Below are positions 21,485 to 35,800 of a DNA stretch of 64,000 nucleotides, one piece after another. Below the pieces are notes generated by a model. The model saw only the letters and a program-made list of their open reading frames with translations. It made no database searches and was not told where the DNA came from. Source of the DNA: Eledone cirrhosa (lineage: Eukaryota); the NCBI GenBank assembly GCA_964016885.1, contig OZ024740.1, positions 14,694,001-14,758,000 of the forward strand, given 5' to 3'. Every line of letters begins with the position of its first letter. The stretch's first letter is position 1. The position numbers were made by a program, and so were the translations under genes.

Positions 21485-22612
21485 GCGTTTGACCAGAGGC
21501 CTACTGTATCACAGCGTTTGACCAGGGACCTACTGTATCACAGCGTTTGACCAGAGGCCTACTGTATCACAGCGTTTGACCAGAGGCCTACTGTATCACA
21601 GCGTTTGACCAGAGGCCTACTGTATCACGGCGTTTGACCAGAGGCCTACTGTATCACAGCGTTTGACCAGAGGCCTACTGTATCACAACGTTTGACCAGA
21701 GGCCTACTGTATCACAACGTTTGACCAGAGGCCTACTGTATCACAGCGTTTGACCAGGGACCTACTGTATCACAACGTTTGACCAGAGGCCTACTGTATC
21801 ACAGCGTTTGACCAGAGGCCTACTGTATCACAGCGTTTGACCAGAGGCCTACTGTATCACGGCGTTTGACCAGAGGCCTACTGTATCACAGCGTTTGACC
21901 AGAGGCCTACTGTATCACAACATTTGACCACAGGCCTACTGTATCACAGCGTTTGACCAGAGGTGTGCTGTATCACAGCATTTGACCACAGGCCTACTGT
22001 ATCACAGCGTTTGACCAGAGGCCTACTGTATCACATCATTTGACCAGGGGCCTACTGTATCACAGCGTTTGACCAGAGGCCTACTGTATCACAACATTTG
22101 ACCACAGGCCTACTGTATCACAGCGTTTGACCACAGGCCTACTGTATCACAGCATTTGACCAGAGGCCTACTGTATCACAGCATTTGACCAGAGGCCTAC
22201 TGTATCACAGCGTTTGATCAGAGGCCTACTGTATCACAGCATTTGACCAGAGGCCTACTGTATCACAGCATTTGACCAGAGGCCTACTGTATCACAGCAT
22301 TTGACCAGAGGCCTACTGTATCACAGCGTTTGATCAGGGGCCTACTGTATCACAGCATTTGACCAGAGGCCTACTGTATCACAGCGTTTGACCAGAGGCC
22401 TACTGTATCACAGCGTTTGGCCAGAGGCCTACTGTATCACAGCATTTGACCAGGGGCCTACTCTATCACAGCTTTTGACCAGGGGCTTAGTGTATCACAG
22501 CATTTTCGCCAGAGGCCTGTATCCCAGTGTTTGGCCAGAGGCCTACAGTATCACAGCGTTTGACCAGGGGCCTACTGTATCACAGCGTTTGACCAGAGGC
22601 CTGTATCACAGC
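21485..22612. repeat. 29-bp minisatellite (GCGTTTGACCAGAGGCCTACTGTATCACA) x ~39
   Basis: 29-bp period read directly; degenerates toward the right end. Confidence 0.97.
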
Positions 22613-22687
22613 TGAACTGTGATATTACTGATATATATTTGAAGGATTTTGTAAATACGGTGGCCATCTTTAATAATAATTATAATG

Positions 22688-22887
22688 ATTTCTGGTTTAG
22701 ACCAACAATTTTAGGACAAGGGAAAGTCGATTAAATTGACCCCAATGAGTTTCTGGTATTTTATTTTATCGACCCCGTAATGATGAAAGGCAACGCTGAC
22801 CTCGGCGGGATTTGAACTCAGAACCTAAAGAACCGTAACTATATGCCACGAAACATGCTGTCCGATGCTCTACCGATACTACCAAAT
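22688..22887 (-). mobile_element. tRNA-derived SINE copy (long variant)
   Basis: Central domain and B box (GGGATTTGAACTC) in reverse orientation; (AAT)n at its 3' end. Confidence 0.88.
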
Positions 22888-23111
22888 AAGGCGGGAAAAA
22901 AGTGTACAGAACCACCTACGAGAACCAAACAACGTATCTGCTGTATGACGTACAATTGTAAAAAAAAACAAATCAAAACGAAAACAAAACATTATACTAA
23001 ATCAACTTATTGCAAACATTTGGAGCAGTTGTCCGGTGTGAGGATGTATCCTTCCCGCCCTCCCACCAGTGTCAGCAGTCGTGAAAAGACACTGCCATAC
23101 CCTTCCCAATA

Positions 23112-23565
23112 AAGGAAGATAAACAAATATCCGGGATTGTCCGATCGATTCCTTTTCGCATGGGTCAGCGTCGAGACCTCAAGCGTCCTCGCACCCTGTA
23201 CCACAGAGCTCCTCCACAAGATCAGAACTTCAACAGCCCACCTGAGGAAGGAGCCCAACGAGGGGGGGTGACTGTTTCAACGGGTGTCACTGGCCATTGT
23301 CCGCGGAAATGATTTTGCGGTATTGTCCGTGCAGTACATCCCCAACACCGCCGCGCTCTAAGCCGAGAGCCCATCACTCCCTTCCACCACCCTTCCTTCT
23401 GTGGTTCCAGAACACTTGCTTTTCCCTTTTTCCTCTCATTTATGACTTTCCTACTCCTTTCCTCTACTTCCCATACACCCAGACTCCCCTACCCCTACCC
23501 CTACCCCATTACGTGATTTGACTTTTGTCTTTCTTTCTCATTTATTTATCGTTTGAGAATAAAAT
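23112..23565 (+). mobile_element. CRE-clade-like RLE retrotransposon 3' remnant (not in ORF track)
   Basis: Frame 23125-23361 reads KYPGLSDRFLFAWVSVETSSVLAPCTTELLHKIRTSTAHLRKEPNEGG*LFQRVSLAIVRGNDFAVLSVQYIPNTAAL*. KY..L, F..V.VET and LFQR.S.AI.RGN are typical CRE C-terminal motifs. Pyrimidine-rich 3' UTR with AATAAA at 23558. Confidence 0.72.
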
Positions 23566-23599
23566 ACGCTTTCTTTGATTGTAATAATAAAAAATAATT

Positions 23600-23788
23600 G
23601 TTTCTACTTTGGGCACAAGGCCAGAAATTACCCCCAGTTTATTACTGGTGCTTTATATTATCGACCTCACAAAGATGAAAGGCAAGGCAAACCTCGGCGG
23701 GATGTGAACTCAGAACGTAAAGGGCCGCAACTCTGTGTCGTCAAGCAGCGTGTCTGCAGCTCTACCCATTTTGTCAATTCATCGCTCC
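23600..23788 (-). mobile_element. tRNA-derived SINE copy (short variant, diverged)
   Basis: gtttctactttgggcacaaggccag...attactggtgcttt...gatgaaaggc...cctcggcgggatgtgaactcag matches the family in reverse. Confidence 0.85.
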
Positions 23789-23832
23789 CTCCCTCTAATA
23801 AAAATAAAAGTAAAATAGATTGTAAATTATAG

Positions 23833-26800
23833 CAAAGCCGCAATGTGGAAAGTCCTCGAATGAAAGGAATCAAAGCCAGAATATGGAAAGTCCTCAAATG
23901 AAAGGAATCAAAGCCAGAATATGGAAAGTCCTCGAATGAGAGGAATCAAAGCCAGAATATGGAAAGTCCTCGAATGAAAGGAATCAAAGCCAGAATATGG
24001 AAAGTCCTCCAATGAGAGGAATCAAAGCCAGAATATGGAAAGTCCTCAAATGAAAGGAATCAAAGCCAGAATATGGAAAGTCCTCGAATGAAAGGAATCA
24101 AAGCCAGAATATGGAAACTCCTCGAATGAAAGGAATCAAAGCCAGAATATGGAAAGTCCTCGAATGAAAGGAATCAAAGCCAGAATATGGAAAGTCCTCG
24201 AATGAGAGGAATCAAAGCCAGAATATGGAAAGTCCTCGAATGAGGGGAATCAAAGCCAGAATATGGAAAGTCCTCGAATGAAAGGAATCAAAGCCAGAAT
24301 ATGGAAAGTCCTCCAATGAGAGGAATCAAAGCCAGAATATGGAAAGTCCTCAAATGAAAGGAATCAAAGCCAGAATATGGAAAGTCCTCGAATGAAAGGA
24401 ATCAAAGCCAGAATATGGAAACTCCTCGAATGAAAGGAATCAAAGCCAGAATATGGAAAGTCCTCGAATGAAAGGAATCAAAGCCAGAATATGGAAAGTC
24501 CTCGAATGAGAGGAATCAAAGCCAGAATATGGAAAGTCCTCGAATGAGGGGAATCAAAGCCAGAATATGGAAAGTCCTCGAATGAAAGGAATCAAAGCCA
24601 GAATATGGAAAGTCCACGAATGAAAGGAATCAAAGCCAGAATATGGAAAGTCCTCGAATGAAAGGAATCAAAGCCAGAATATGGAAAGTCCTCGAATGAA
24701 AGGAATCAAAGCCAGAATATGGAAAGTCCTCAAATGAAAGGAATTAAAGCCAGAATATGGAAAGTCCTCGAATGAAAGGAATCAAAGCCAGAATATGGAA
24801 AGTCCTCGAATGAAAGGAATCAAAGCCAGAATATGGAAAGTCCTCAAATGAGAGGAATCAAAGCCAGAATATGGAAAGTCCTCCAATGAGAGGAATCAAA
24901 GCCAGAATATGGAAAGTCCTCAAATGAAAGGAATCAAAGCCAGAATATGGAAAGTCCTCGAATGAAAGGAATCAAAGCCAGAATATGGAAACTCCTCGAA
25001 TGAAAGGAATCAAAGCCAGAATATGGAAAGTCCTCGAATGAAAGGAATCAAAGCCAGAATATGGAAAGTCCTCGAATGAGAGGAATCAAAGCCAGAATAT
25101 GGAAAGTCCTCGAATGAGGGGAATCAAAGCCAGAATATGGAAAGTCCTCAAATGAAAGGAATCAAAGCCAGAATATGGAAAGTCCTCGAATGAGGGGAAT
25201 CAAAGCCAGAATATGGAAAGTCCTCGAATGAAAGGAATCAAAGCCAGAATATGGAAAGTCCACGAATGAAAGGAATCAAAGCCAGAATATGGAAAGTCCT
25301 CGAATGAAAGGAATCAAAGCCAGAATATGGAAAGTCCTCGAATGAAAGGAATCAAAGCCAGAATATGGAAAGTCCTCAAATGAAAGGAATTAAAGCCAGA
25401 ATATGGAAAGTCCTCGAATGAAAGGAATCAAAGCCAGAATATGGAAAGTCCTCGAATGAAAGGAATCAAAGCCAGAATATGGAAAGTCCTCGAATGAAAG
25501 GAATCAAAGCCAGAATATGGAAAGTCCTCAAATGAAAGGAATCAAAGCCAAAATATAGAAAGTCCTCAAATGAAAGGAATCAAAGCCAGAATATGGAAAG
25601 TCCTCAAATGAAAGGAATCAAAGCCAGAATATGGAAAGTCCTCAAATGAAAGGAATCAAAGCCAGAATATGGAAAGTCCTCGAATGAAAGGAATCAAAGC
25701 CAGAACATGGAAAGTCCTCGAATGAGAGGAATCAAAGCCAGAATATGGAAAGTCCTCGAATGAGAGGAATCAAAGCCAGAATATGGAAAGTCCTCGAATG
25801 AGAGGAATCAAAGCCAGAATATGGAAAGTCCTCAAATGAAAGGAATCAAAGCCAGAATATGGAAACTCCTCGAATGAAAGGAATCAAAGCCAGAATATGG
25901 AAAGTCCTCGAATGAAAGGAATCAAAGCCAGAATATGGAAAGTCCTCGAATGAGAGGAATCAAAGCCAGAATATGGAAAGTCCTCGAATGAGGGGAATCA
26001 AAGCCAGAATATGGAAAGTCCTCGAATGAAAGGAATCAAAGCCAGAATATGGAAAGTCCTCGAATGAAAGAAATCAAAGCCAGAATATGGAAAGTCCTCG
26101 AATGAAAGGAATCAAAGCCAGAATATGGAAGGTCCTCAAATGAAAGGAATCAAAGCCAGAATATGGAAAGTCCTCGAATGAAAGGAATCAAACCCAGAAT
26201 ATGGAAAGTCCTCAAATGAAAGGAATCAAAGCCAGAATATGGAAAGTCCTCGAATGAAAGGAAACAAAGCCAGAATATGGAAAGTCCTCAAATGAAAGGA
26301 ATCAAAGCCAGAATATGGAAAGTCCTCGAATGAAAGGAATCAAAGCCAGAATATGGAAAGTCCTCGAATGAAAGGAATCAAAGCCAGAATATGGAAAGTC
26401 CTCAAATGAAAGGAATCAAAGCCAGAATATGGAAAGTCCTCAAATGAAAGGAATCAAAGCCAGAATATGGAAAGTCCTCGAATGAAAGGAATCAAAGCCA
26501 GAATATGGAAAGTCCTCAATTGAAAGGAATCAAAGCCAGAATATGGAAAGTCCTCAAATGAAAGGAATCAAAGCAAGAATATGGAAAGTCCTCAAATGAA
26601 AGGAATCAAAGCCAGAATATGGAAAGTCCTCAAATGAAAGGAATCAAAGCCAGAATATGGAAAGTCCTCAAATGAAAGGAATCAAAGCCAGAATATGGAA
26701 AGTCCTGGAATGAAAGGAATCAAAGCCAGAATATGGAAAGTCCTCGAATGAAAGGAATCAAAGCCAGAATATGGAAAGTCCTGGAATGAAAGGAATCAAA

Positions 26801-29800
26801 GCCAGAATATGGAAAGTCCTCGAATGAAAGGAATCAAAGCCAGAATATGGAAAGTCCTCGAATGAAAGGAATCAAAGCCAGAATATGGAAAGTCCTCAAA
26901 TGAAAGGAATCAAAGCCAGAATATGGAAAGTCCTGGAATGAAAGGAATCAAAGCCAGAATATGGAAAGTCCTCAAATGAAAGGAATCAAAGCCAGAATAT
27001 GGAAAGTCCTCAAATGAAAGGAATCAAAGCCAGAATATGGAAAGTCCTCAAATGAAAGGAATCAAAGCCAGAATATGGAAAGTCCTCGAATGAAAGGAAC
27101 CAAAGCCAGAATATGGAAAGTCCTCAAATGAAAGGAATCAAAGCCAGAATATGGAAAGTCCTCAAATGAAAGGAATCAAAGCCAGAATATGGAAAGTCCT
27201 CAAATGAAAGGAATCAAAGCCAGAATATGGAAAGTCCTCAAATGAAAGGAATCAAAGCCAGAATATGGAAAGTCCTCGAATAAAAGGAATCAAAGCCAGA
27301 ATATGGAAAGTCCTCAATTGAAAGGAATCAAAGCCAGAATATGGAAAGTCCTCAAATCAAAGGAATCAAAGCCAGAATATGGAAAGCCCTCAAATGAAAG
27401 GAATCAAAGCCAGAATATGGAAAGTCCTCGAATGAAAGGAACCAAAGCCAGAATATGGAAAGTCCTCGAATGAAAGGAATCAAAGCCAGAATATGGAAAG
27501 TCCTCAAATGAAAGGAATCAAAGCCAGAATATGGAAAGTCCTCAAATGAAAGGAATCAAAGCCAGAATATGGAAAGTCCTCAAATGAAAGGAATCAAAGC
27601 CAGAATATGGAAAGTCCTCAAATGAAAGGAATCAAAGCCAGAATATGGAAAGTCCTCAAATGAAAGGAATCAAAGCCAGAATATGGAAAGTCCTGGAATG
27701 AAAGGAATCAAAGCCAGAATATGGAAAGTCCTTGAATGAAAGGAATCAAAGCCAGAATATGGAAAGTCCTGGAATGAAAGGAATCAAAGCCAGAATATGG
27801 AAAGTCCTCGAATGAAAGGAATCAAAGCCAGAATATGGAAAGTCCTCGAATGAAAGGAATCAAAGCCAGAATATGGAAAGTCCTCAAATGAAAGGAATCA
27901 AAGCCAGAATATGGAAAGTCCTGGAATGAAAGGAATCAAAGCCAGAATATGGAAAGTCCTCGAATGAAAGGAATCAAAGCCAGAATATGGAAAGTCCTCC
28001 AATGAGAGGAATCAAAGCCAGAATATGGAAAGTCCTCAAATGAAAGGAATCAAAGCCAGAATATGGAAAGTCCTCGAATGAAAGGAATCAAAGCCAGAAT
28101 ATGGAAACTCCTCGAATGAAAGGAATCAAAGCCAGAATATGGAAAGTCCTCGAATGAAAGGAATCAAAGCCAGAATATGGAAAGTCCTCGAATGAGAGGA
28201 ATCAAAGCCAGAATATGGAAAGTCCTCGAATGAGGGGAATCAAAGCCAGAATATGGAAAGTCCTCGAATGAAAGGAATCAAAGCCAGAATATGGAAAGTC
28301 CACGAATGAAAGGAATCAAAGCCAGAATATGGAAAGTCCTCGAATGAAAGGAATCAAAGCCAGAATATGGAAAGTCCTCGAATGAAAGGAATCAAAGCCA
28401 GAATATGGAAAGTCCTCAAATGAAAGGAATTAAAGCCAGAATATGGAAAGTCCTCGAATGAAAGGAATCAAAGCCAGAATATGGAAAGTCCTCGAATGAA
28501 AGGAATCAAAGCCAGAATATGGAAAGTCCTCAAATGAGAGGAATCAAAGCCAGAATATGGAAAGTCCTCCAATGAGAGGAATCAAAGCCAGAATATGGAA
28601 AGTCCTCAAATGAAAGGAATCAAAGCCAGAATATGGAAAGTCCTCGAATGAAAGGAACCAAAGCCAGAATATGGAAAGTCCTCAAATGAAAGGAATCAAA
28701 GCCAGAATATGGAAAGTCCTCGAATGAAAGGAATCAAAGCCAGAATATGGAAAGTCCTCGAATGAAAGGAATCAAAGCCAGAATATGGAAAGTCCTCGAA
28801 TGAGAGGAATCAAAGCCAGAATATGGAAAGTCCTCGAATGAGAGGAATCAAAGCCAGAATATGGAAAGTCCTCAAATGAGAGGAATCAAAGCCAGAATAT
28901 GGAAAGTCCTCAAATGAAAGGAATCAAAGCCAGAATATGGAAAGTCCTCGAATGAGAGGAATCAAAGCCAGAATATGGAAAGTCCTCGAATGAGGGGAAT
29001 CAAAGCCAGAATATGGAAAGTCCCCGAATGAAAGGAATCAAAGCCAGAATATGGAAAGTCCTCGAATGAAAGAAATCAAAGCCAGAATATGGAAAGTCCT
29101 CGAATGAAAGGAATCAAAGCCAGAATATGGAAGGTCCTCAAATGAAAGGAATCAAAGCCAGAATATGGAAAGTCCTCGAATGAAAGGAATCAAACCCAGA
29201 ATATGGAAAGTCCTCAAATGAAAGGAATCAAAGCCAGAATATGGAAAGTCCTCGAATGAAAGGAATCAAAGCCAGAATATGGAAAGTCCTCGAATAAAAG
29301 GAATCAAAGCCAGAATATGGAAAGTCCTCGAATGAAAGGAATCAAAGCCAGAATATGGAAAGTCCTCGAATGAAAGGAATCAAAGCCAGAATATGGAAAG
29401 TCCTCGAATGAAAGGAATCAAAGCCAGAATATGGAAAGTCCTCAAATGAAAGGAATCAAAGCCAGAATATGGAAAGTCCTCGAATAAAAGGAATCAAAGC
29501 CAGAATACTGGAAAGTCCTCAATTGAAAGGAATCAAAGCCAGAATATGGAAAGTCCTCAAATGAAAGGAATCAAAGCCAGAATATGGAAAGTCCTCAAAT
29601 GAAAGGAATCAAAGCCAGAATATGGAAAGTCCTCGAATGAAAGGAACCAAAGCCATAATATGGAAAGTCCTCGAATGAAAGGAATCAAAGCCAGAATATG
29701 GAAAGTCCTCGAATGAAAGGAATCAAAGCCAGAATATGGAAAGTCCTCAAATGAAAGGAATCAAAGCCAGAATATGGAAAGTCCTCAAATGAAAGGAAAC

Positions 29801-32800
29801 AAAGCCAGAATATGGAAAGTCCTCAAATGAAAGGAATCAAAGCCAGAATATGGAAAGTCCTCAAATGAAAGGAATCAAAGCCAGAATATGGAAAGTCCTC
29901 GAATGAAAGGAATCAAAGCCAGAATATGGAAAGTCCTCGAATGAGAGGAATCAAAGCCAGAATATGGAAAGTCCTCGAATGAGAGGAATCAAAGCCAGAA
30001 TATGGAAAGTCCTCGAATGAGAGGAATCAAAGCCAGAATATGGAAAGTCCTCAAATGAAAGGAATCAAAGCCAGAATATGGAAACTCCTCGAATGAAAGG
30101 AATCAAAGCCAGAATATGGAAAGTCCTCGAATGAGAGGAATCAAAGCCAGAATATGGAAAGTCCTCGAATGAGGGGAATCAAAGCCAGAATATGGAAAGT
30201 CCTCGAATGAAAGGAATCAAAGCCAGAATATGGAAAGTCCTCGAATGAAAGAAATCAAAGCCAGAATATGGAAAGTCCTCGAATGAAAGGAATCAAAGCC
30301 AGAATATGGAAGGTCCTCAAATGAAAGGAATCAAAGCCAGAATATGGAAAGTCCTCGAATGAAAGGAATCAAACCCAGAATATGGAAAGTCCTCAAATGA
30401 AAGGAATCAAAGCCAGAATATGGAAAGTCCTCGAATGAAAGGAAACAAAGCCAGAATATGGAAAGTCCTCAAATAAAAGGAATTAAAGCCAGAATATGGA
30501 AAGTCCTCGAATGAAAGGAATCAAAGCCAGAATATGGAAAGTCCTCGAATGAAAGGAATCAAAGCCAGAATATGGAAAGTCCTCAAATGAAAGGAATCAA
30601 AGCCAGAATATGGAAAGTCCTCAAATGAAAGGAATCAAAGCCAGAATATGGAAAGTCCTCGAATGAAAGGAATCAAAGCCAGAATATGGAAAGTCCTCAA
30701 TTGAAAGGAATCAAAGCCAGAATATGGAAAGTCCTCAAATGAAAGGAATCAAAGCCAGAATATGGAAAGTCCTCAAATGAAAGGAATCGAAGCCAGAATA
30801 TGGAAAGTCCTCAAATGAAAGGAATCGAAGCCAGAATATGGAAAGTCCTCAAATGAAAGGAATCAAAGCCAGAATATGAAAAGTCCTGGAATGAAAGGAA
30901 TCAAAGCCAGAATATGGAAAGTCCTCGAATGAAAGGAATCAAAGCCAGAATATGGAAAGTCCTGGAATGAAAGGAATCAAAGCCAGAATATGGAAAGTCC
31001 TCGAATGAAAGGAATCAAAGCCAGAATATGGAAAGTCCTCGAATGAAAGGAATCAAAGCCAGAATATGGAAAGTCCTCAAATGAAAGGAATCAAAGCCAG
31101 AATATGGAAAGTCCTGGAATGAAAGGAATCAAAGCCAGAATATGGAAAGTCCTCAAATGAAAGGAATCAAAGCCAGAATATGGAAAGTCCTCAAATGAAA
31201 GGAATCAAAGCCAGAATATGGAAAGTCCTCAAATGAAAGGAATCAAAGCCAGAATATGGAAAGTCCTCGAATGAAAGGAACCAAAGCCAGAATATGGAAA
31301 GTCCTCAAATGAAAGGAATCAAAGCCAGAATATGGAAAGTCCTCAAATGAAAGGAATCAAAGCCAGAATATGGAAAGTCCTCGAATAAAAGGAATCAAAG
31401 CCAGAATATGGAAAGTCCTCAATTGAAAGGAATCAAAGCCAGAATATGGAAAGTCCTCAAATCAAAGGAATCAAAGCCAGAATATGGAAAGCCCTCAAAT
31501 GAAAGGAATCAAAGCCAGAATATGGAAAGTCCTCGAATGAAAGGAACCAAAGCCAGAATATGGAAATTCCTCGAATGAAAGGAATCAAAGCCAGAATATG
31601 GAAAGTCCTCAAATGAAAGGAATCAAAGCCAGAATATGGAAAGTCCTCAAATGAAAGGAATCAAAGCCAGAATATGGAAAGTCCTCAAATGAAAGGAATC
31701 AAAGCCAGAATATGGAAAGTCCTCAAATGAAAGGAATCAAAGCCAGAATATGGAAAGTCCTCAAATGAAAGGAATCAAAGCCAGAATATGGAAAGTCCTG
31801 GAATCAAAGGAATCAAAGCCAGAATATGGAAAGTCCTGGAATGAAAGGAATCAAAGCCAGAATATGGAAAGTCCTGGAATGAAAGGAATCAAAGCCAGAA
31901 TATGGAAAGTCCTCGAATGAAAGGAATCAAAGCCAGAATATGGAAAGTCCTCGAATGAAAGGAATCAAAGCCTGAATATGGAAAGTCCTCAAATGAAAGG
32001 AATCAAAGCCAGAATATGGAAAGTCCTCGAATGAAAGGAATCAAAGCCAGAATATGGAAAGTCCTCAAATGAAAGGAATCAAAGCCAGAATATGGAAAGT
32101 CCTCAAATGAAAGGAATCAAAGCCAGAATATGGAAAGTCCTCGAATGAGAGGAATCAAAGCCAGAATATGGAAAGTCCTCGAATGAGGGGAATCAAAGCC
32201 AGAATATGGAAAGTCCCCGAATGAAAGGAATCAAAGCCAGAATATGGAAAGTCCTCGAATGAAAGAAATCAAAGCCAGAATATGGAAAGTCCTCGAATGA
32301 AAGGAATCAAAGCCAGAATATGGAAGGTCCTCAAATGAAAGGAATCAAAGCCAGAATATGGAAAGTCCTCGAATGAAAGGAATCAAACCCAGAATATGGA
32401 AAGTCCTCAAATGAAAGGAATCAAAGCCAGAATATGGAAAGTCCTCGAATGAAAGGAATCAAAGCCAGAATATGGAAAGTCCTCGAATGAAAGGAATCAA
32501 AGCCAGAACATGGAAAGTCCTCGAATGAAAGGAATCAAAGCCAGAATATGGAAAGTCCTCGAATGAAAGGAATCAAAGCCAGAATATGGAAAGTCCTCGA
32601 ATGAAAGGAATCAAAGCCAGAATATGGAAAGTCCTCAAATGAAAGGAATCAAAGCCAGAATATGGAAAGTCCTCGAATAAAAGGAATCAAAGCCAGAATA
32701 TGGAAATTCCTCAATTGAAAGGAATCAAAGCCAGAATATGGAAAGTCCTCAAATGAAAGGAATCATAGCCAGAATATGGAAAGTCCTCAAATGAAAGGAA

Positions 32801-35800
32801 TCAAAGCCAGAATATGGAAAGTCCTCGAATGAAAGGAACCAAAGCCAGAATATGGAAAGTCCTCGAATGAAAGGAATCAAAGCCAGAATATGGAAAGTCC
32901 TCGAATGAGGGGAATCAAAGCCAGAATATGGAAAGTCCCCGAATGAAAGGAATCAAAGCCAGAATATGGAAAGTCCTCGAATGAAAGAAATCAAAGCCAG
33001 AATATGGAAAGTCCTCGAATGAAAGGAATCAAAGCCAGAATATGGAAGGTCCTCAAATGAAAGGAATCAAAGCCAGAATATGGAAAGTCCTCGAATGAAA
33101 GGAATCAAACCCAGAATATGGAAAGTCCTCAAATGAAAGGAATCAAAGCCAGAATATGGAAAGTCCTCGAATGAAAGGAATCAAAGCCAGAATATGGAAA
33201 GTCCTCGAATAAAAGGAATCAAAGCCAGAATATGGAAAGTCCTCGAATGAAAGGAATCAAAGCCAGAATATGGAAAGTCCTCGAATGAAAGGAATCAAAG
33301 CCAGAATATGGAAAGTCCTCGAATGAAAGGAATCAAAGCCAGAATATGGAAAGTCCTCAAATGAAAGGAATCAAAGCCAGAATATGGAAAGTCCTCGAAT
33401 AAAAGGAATCAAAGCCAGAATACTGGAAAGTCCTCAATTGAAAGGAATCAAAGCCAGAATATGGAAAGTCCTCAAATGAAAGGAATCAAAGCCAGAATAT
33501 GGAAAGTCCTCAAATGAAAGGAATCAAAGCCAAAATATGGAAAGTCCTCGAATGAAAGGAACCAAAGCCATAATATGGAAAGTCCTCGAATGAAAGGAAT
33601 CAAAGCCAGAATATGGAAAGTCCTCGAATGAAAGGAATCAAAGCCAGAATATGGAAAGTCCTCAAATGAAAGGAATCAAAGCCAGAATATGGAAAGTCCT
33701 CAAATGAAAGGAAACAAAGCCAGAATATGGAAAGTCCTCAAATGAAAGGAATCAAAGCCAGAATATGGAAAGTCCTCAAATGAAAGGAATCAAAGCCAGA
33801 ATATGGAAAGTCCTCGAATGAAAGGAATCAAAGCCAGAATATGGAAAGTCCTCGAATGAGAGGAATCAAAGCCAGAATATGGAAAGTCCTCGAATGAGAG
33901 GAATCAAAGCCAGAATATGGAAAGTCCTCGAATGAGAGGAATCAAAGCCAGAATATGGAAAGTCCTCAAATGAAAGGAATCAAAGCCAGAATATGGAAAC
34001 TCCTCGAATGAAAGGAATCAAAGCCAGAATATGGAAAGTCCTCGAATGAGAGGAATCAAAGCCAGAATATGGAAAGTCCTCGAATGAGGGGAATCAAAGC
34101 CAGAATATGGAAAGTCCTCGAATGAAAGGAATCAAAGCCAGAATATGGAAAGTCCTCGAATGAAAGAAATCAAAGCCAGAATATGGAAAGTCCTCGAATG
34201 AAAGGAATCAAAGCCAGAATATGGAATGTCCTCAAATGAAAGGAATCAAAGCCAGAATATGGAAAGTCCTCGAATGAAAGGAATCAAACCCAGAATATGG
34301 AAAGTCCTCAAATGAAAGGAATCAAAGCCAGAATATGGAAAGTCCTCGAATGAAAGGAAACAAAGCCAGAATATGGAAAGTCCTCAAATAAAAGGAATCA
34401 AAGCCAGAATATGGAAAGTCCTCGAATGAAAGGAATCAAAGCCAGAATATGGAAAGTCCTCGAATGAAAGGAATCAAAGCCAGAATATGGAAAGTCCTCA
34501 AATGAAAGGAATCAAAGCCAGAATATGGAAAGTCCTCAAATGAAAGGAATCAAAGCCAGAATATGGAAAGTCCTCGAATGAAAGGAATCAAAGCCAGAAT
34601 ATGGAAAGTCCTCAATTGAAAGGAATCAAAGCCAGAATATGGAAAGTCCTCAAATGAAAGGAATCAAAGCCAGAATATGGAAAGTCCTCAAATGAAAGGA
34701 ATCAAAGCCAGAATATGGAAAGTCCTCAAATGAAAGGAATCAAAGCCAGAATATGGAAAGTCCTCAAATGAAAGGAATCAAAGCCAGAATATGAAAAGTC
34801 CTGGAATGAAAGGAATCAAAGCCAGAATATGGAAAGTCCTCGAATGAAAGGAATCAAAGCCAGAATATGGAAAGTCCTCGAATGAAAGGAATCAAAGCCA
34901 GAATATGGAAAGTCCTCAAATGAAAGGAATCAAAGCCAGAATATGGAAAGTCCTGGAATGAAAGGAATCAAAGCCAGAATATGGAAAGTCCTCAAATGAA
35001 AGGAATCAAAGCCAGAATATGGAAAGTCCTCAAATGAAAGGAATCAAAGCCAGAATATGGAAAGTCCTCAAATGAAAGGAATCAAAGCCAGAATATGGAA
35101 AGTCCTCGAATGAAAGGAACCAAAGCCAGAATATGGAAAGTCCTCAAATGAAAGGAATCAAAGCCAGAATATGGAAAGTCCTCAAATGAAAGGAATCAAA
35201 GCCAGAATATGGAAAGTCCTCGAATAAAAGGAATCAAAGCCAGAATATGGAAAGTCCTCAATTGAAAGGAATCAAAGCCAGAATATGGAAAGTCCTCAAA
35301 TCAAAGGAATCAAAGCCAGAATATGGAAAGCCCTCAAATGAAAGGAATCAAAGCCAGAATATGGAAAGTCCTCGAATGAAAGGAACCAAAGCCAGAATAT
35401 GGAAATTCCTCGAATGAAAGGAATCAAAGCCAGAATATGGAAAGTCCTCAAATGAAAGGAATCAAAGCCAGAATATGGAAAGTCCTCAAATGAAAGGAAT
35501 CAAAGCCAGAATATGGAAAGTCCTCAAATGAAAGGAATCAAAGCCAGAATATGGAAAGTCCTCAAATGAAAGGAATCAAAGCCAGAATATGGAAAGTCCT
35601 CAAATGAAAGGAATCAAAGCCAGAATATGGAAAGTCCTGGAATGAAAGGAATCAAAGCCAGAATATGGAAAGTCCTGGAATGAAAGGAATCAAAGCCAGA
35701 ATATGGAAAGTCCTGGAATGAAAGGAATCAAAGCCAGAACATGGAAAGTCCTCGAATGAAAGGAATCAAAGCCAGAATATGGAAAATCCTCGAATGAAAG

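Noticed and set aside
21485-22612. 29-bp repeat as a CRISPR array
   Set aside because: No spacers; a plain tandem minisatellite in a eukaryotic context.
23610-23880. Origin of the 38-bp satellite from the adjacent SINE (CAAGGCCAGAAAT vs CAAAGCCAGAATAT; GATGAAAGG vs AATGAAAGG)
   Set aside because: The matches are short, A-rich and not collinear over a full monomer, so they cannot be distinguished from chance without statistics.
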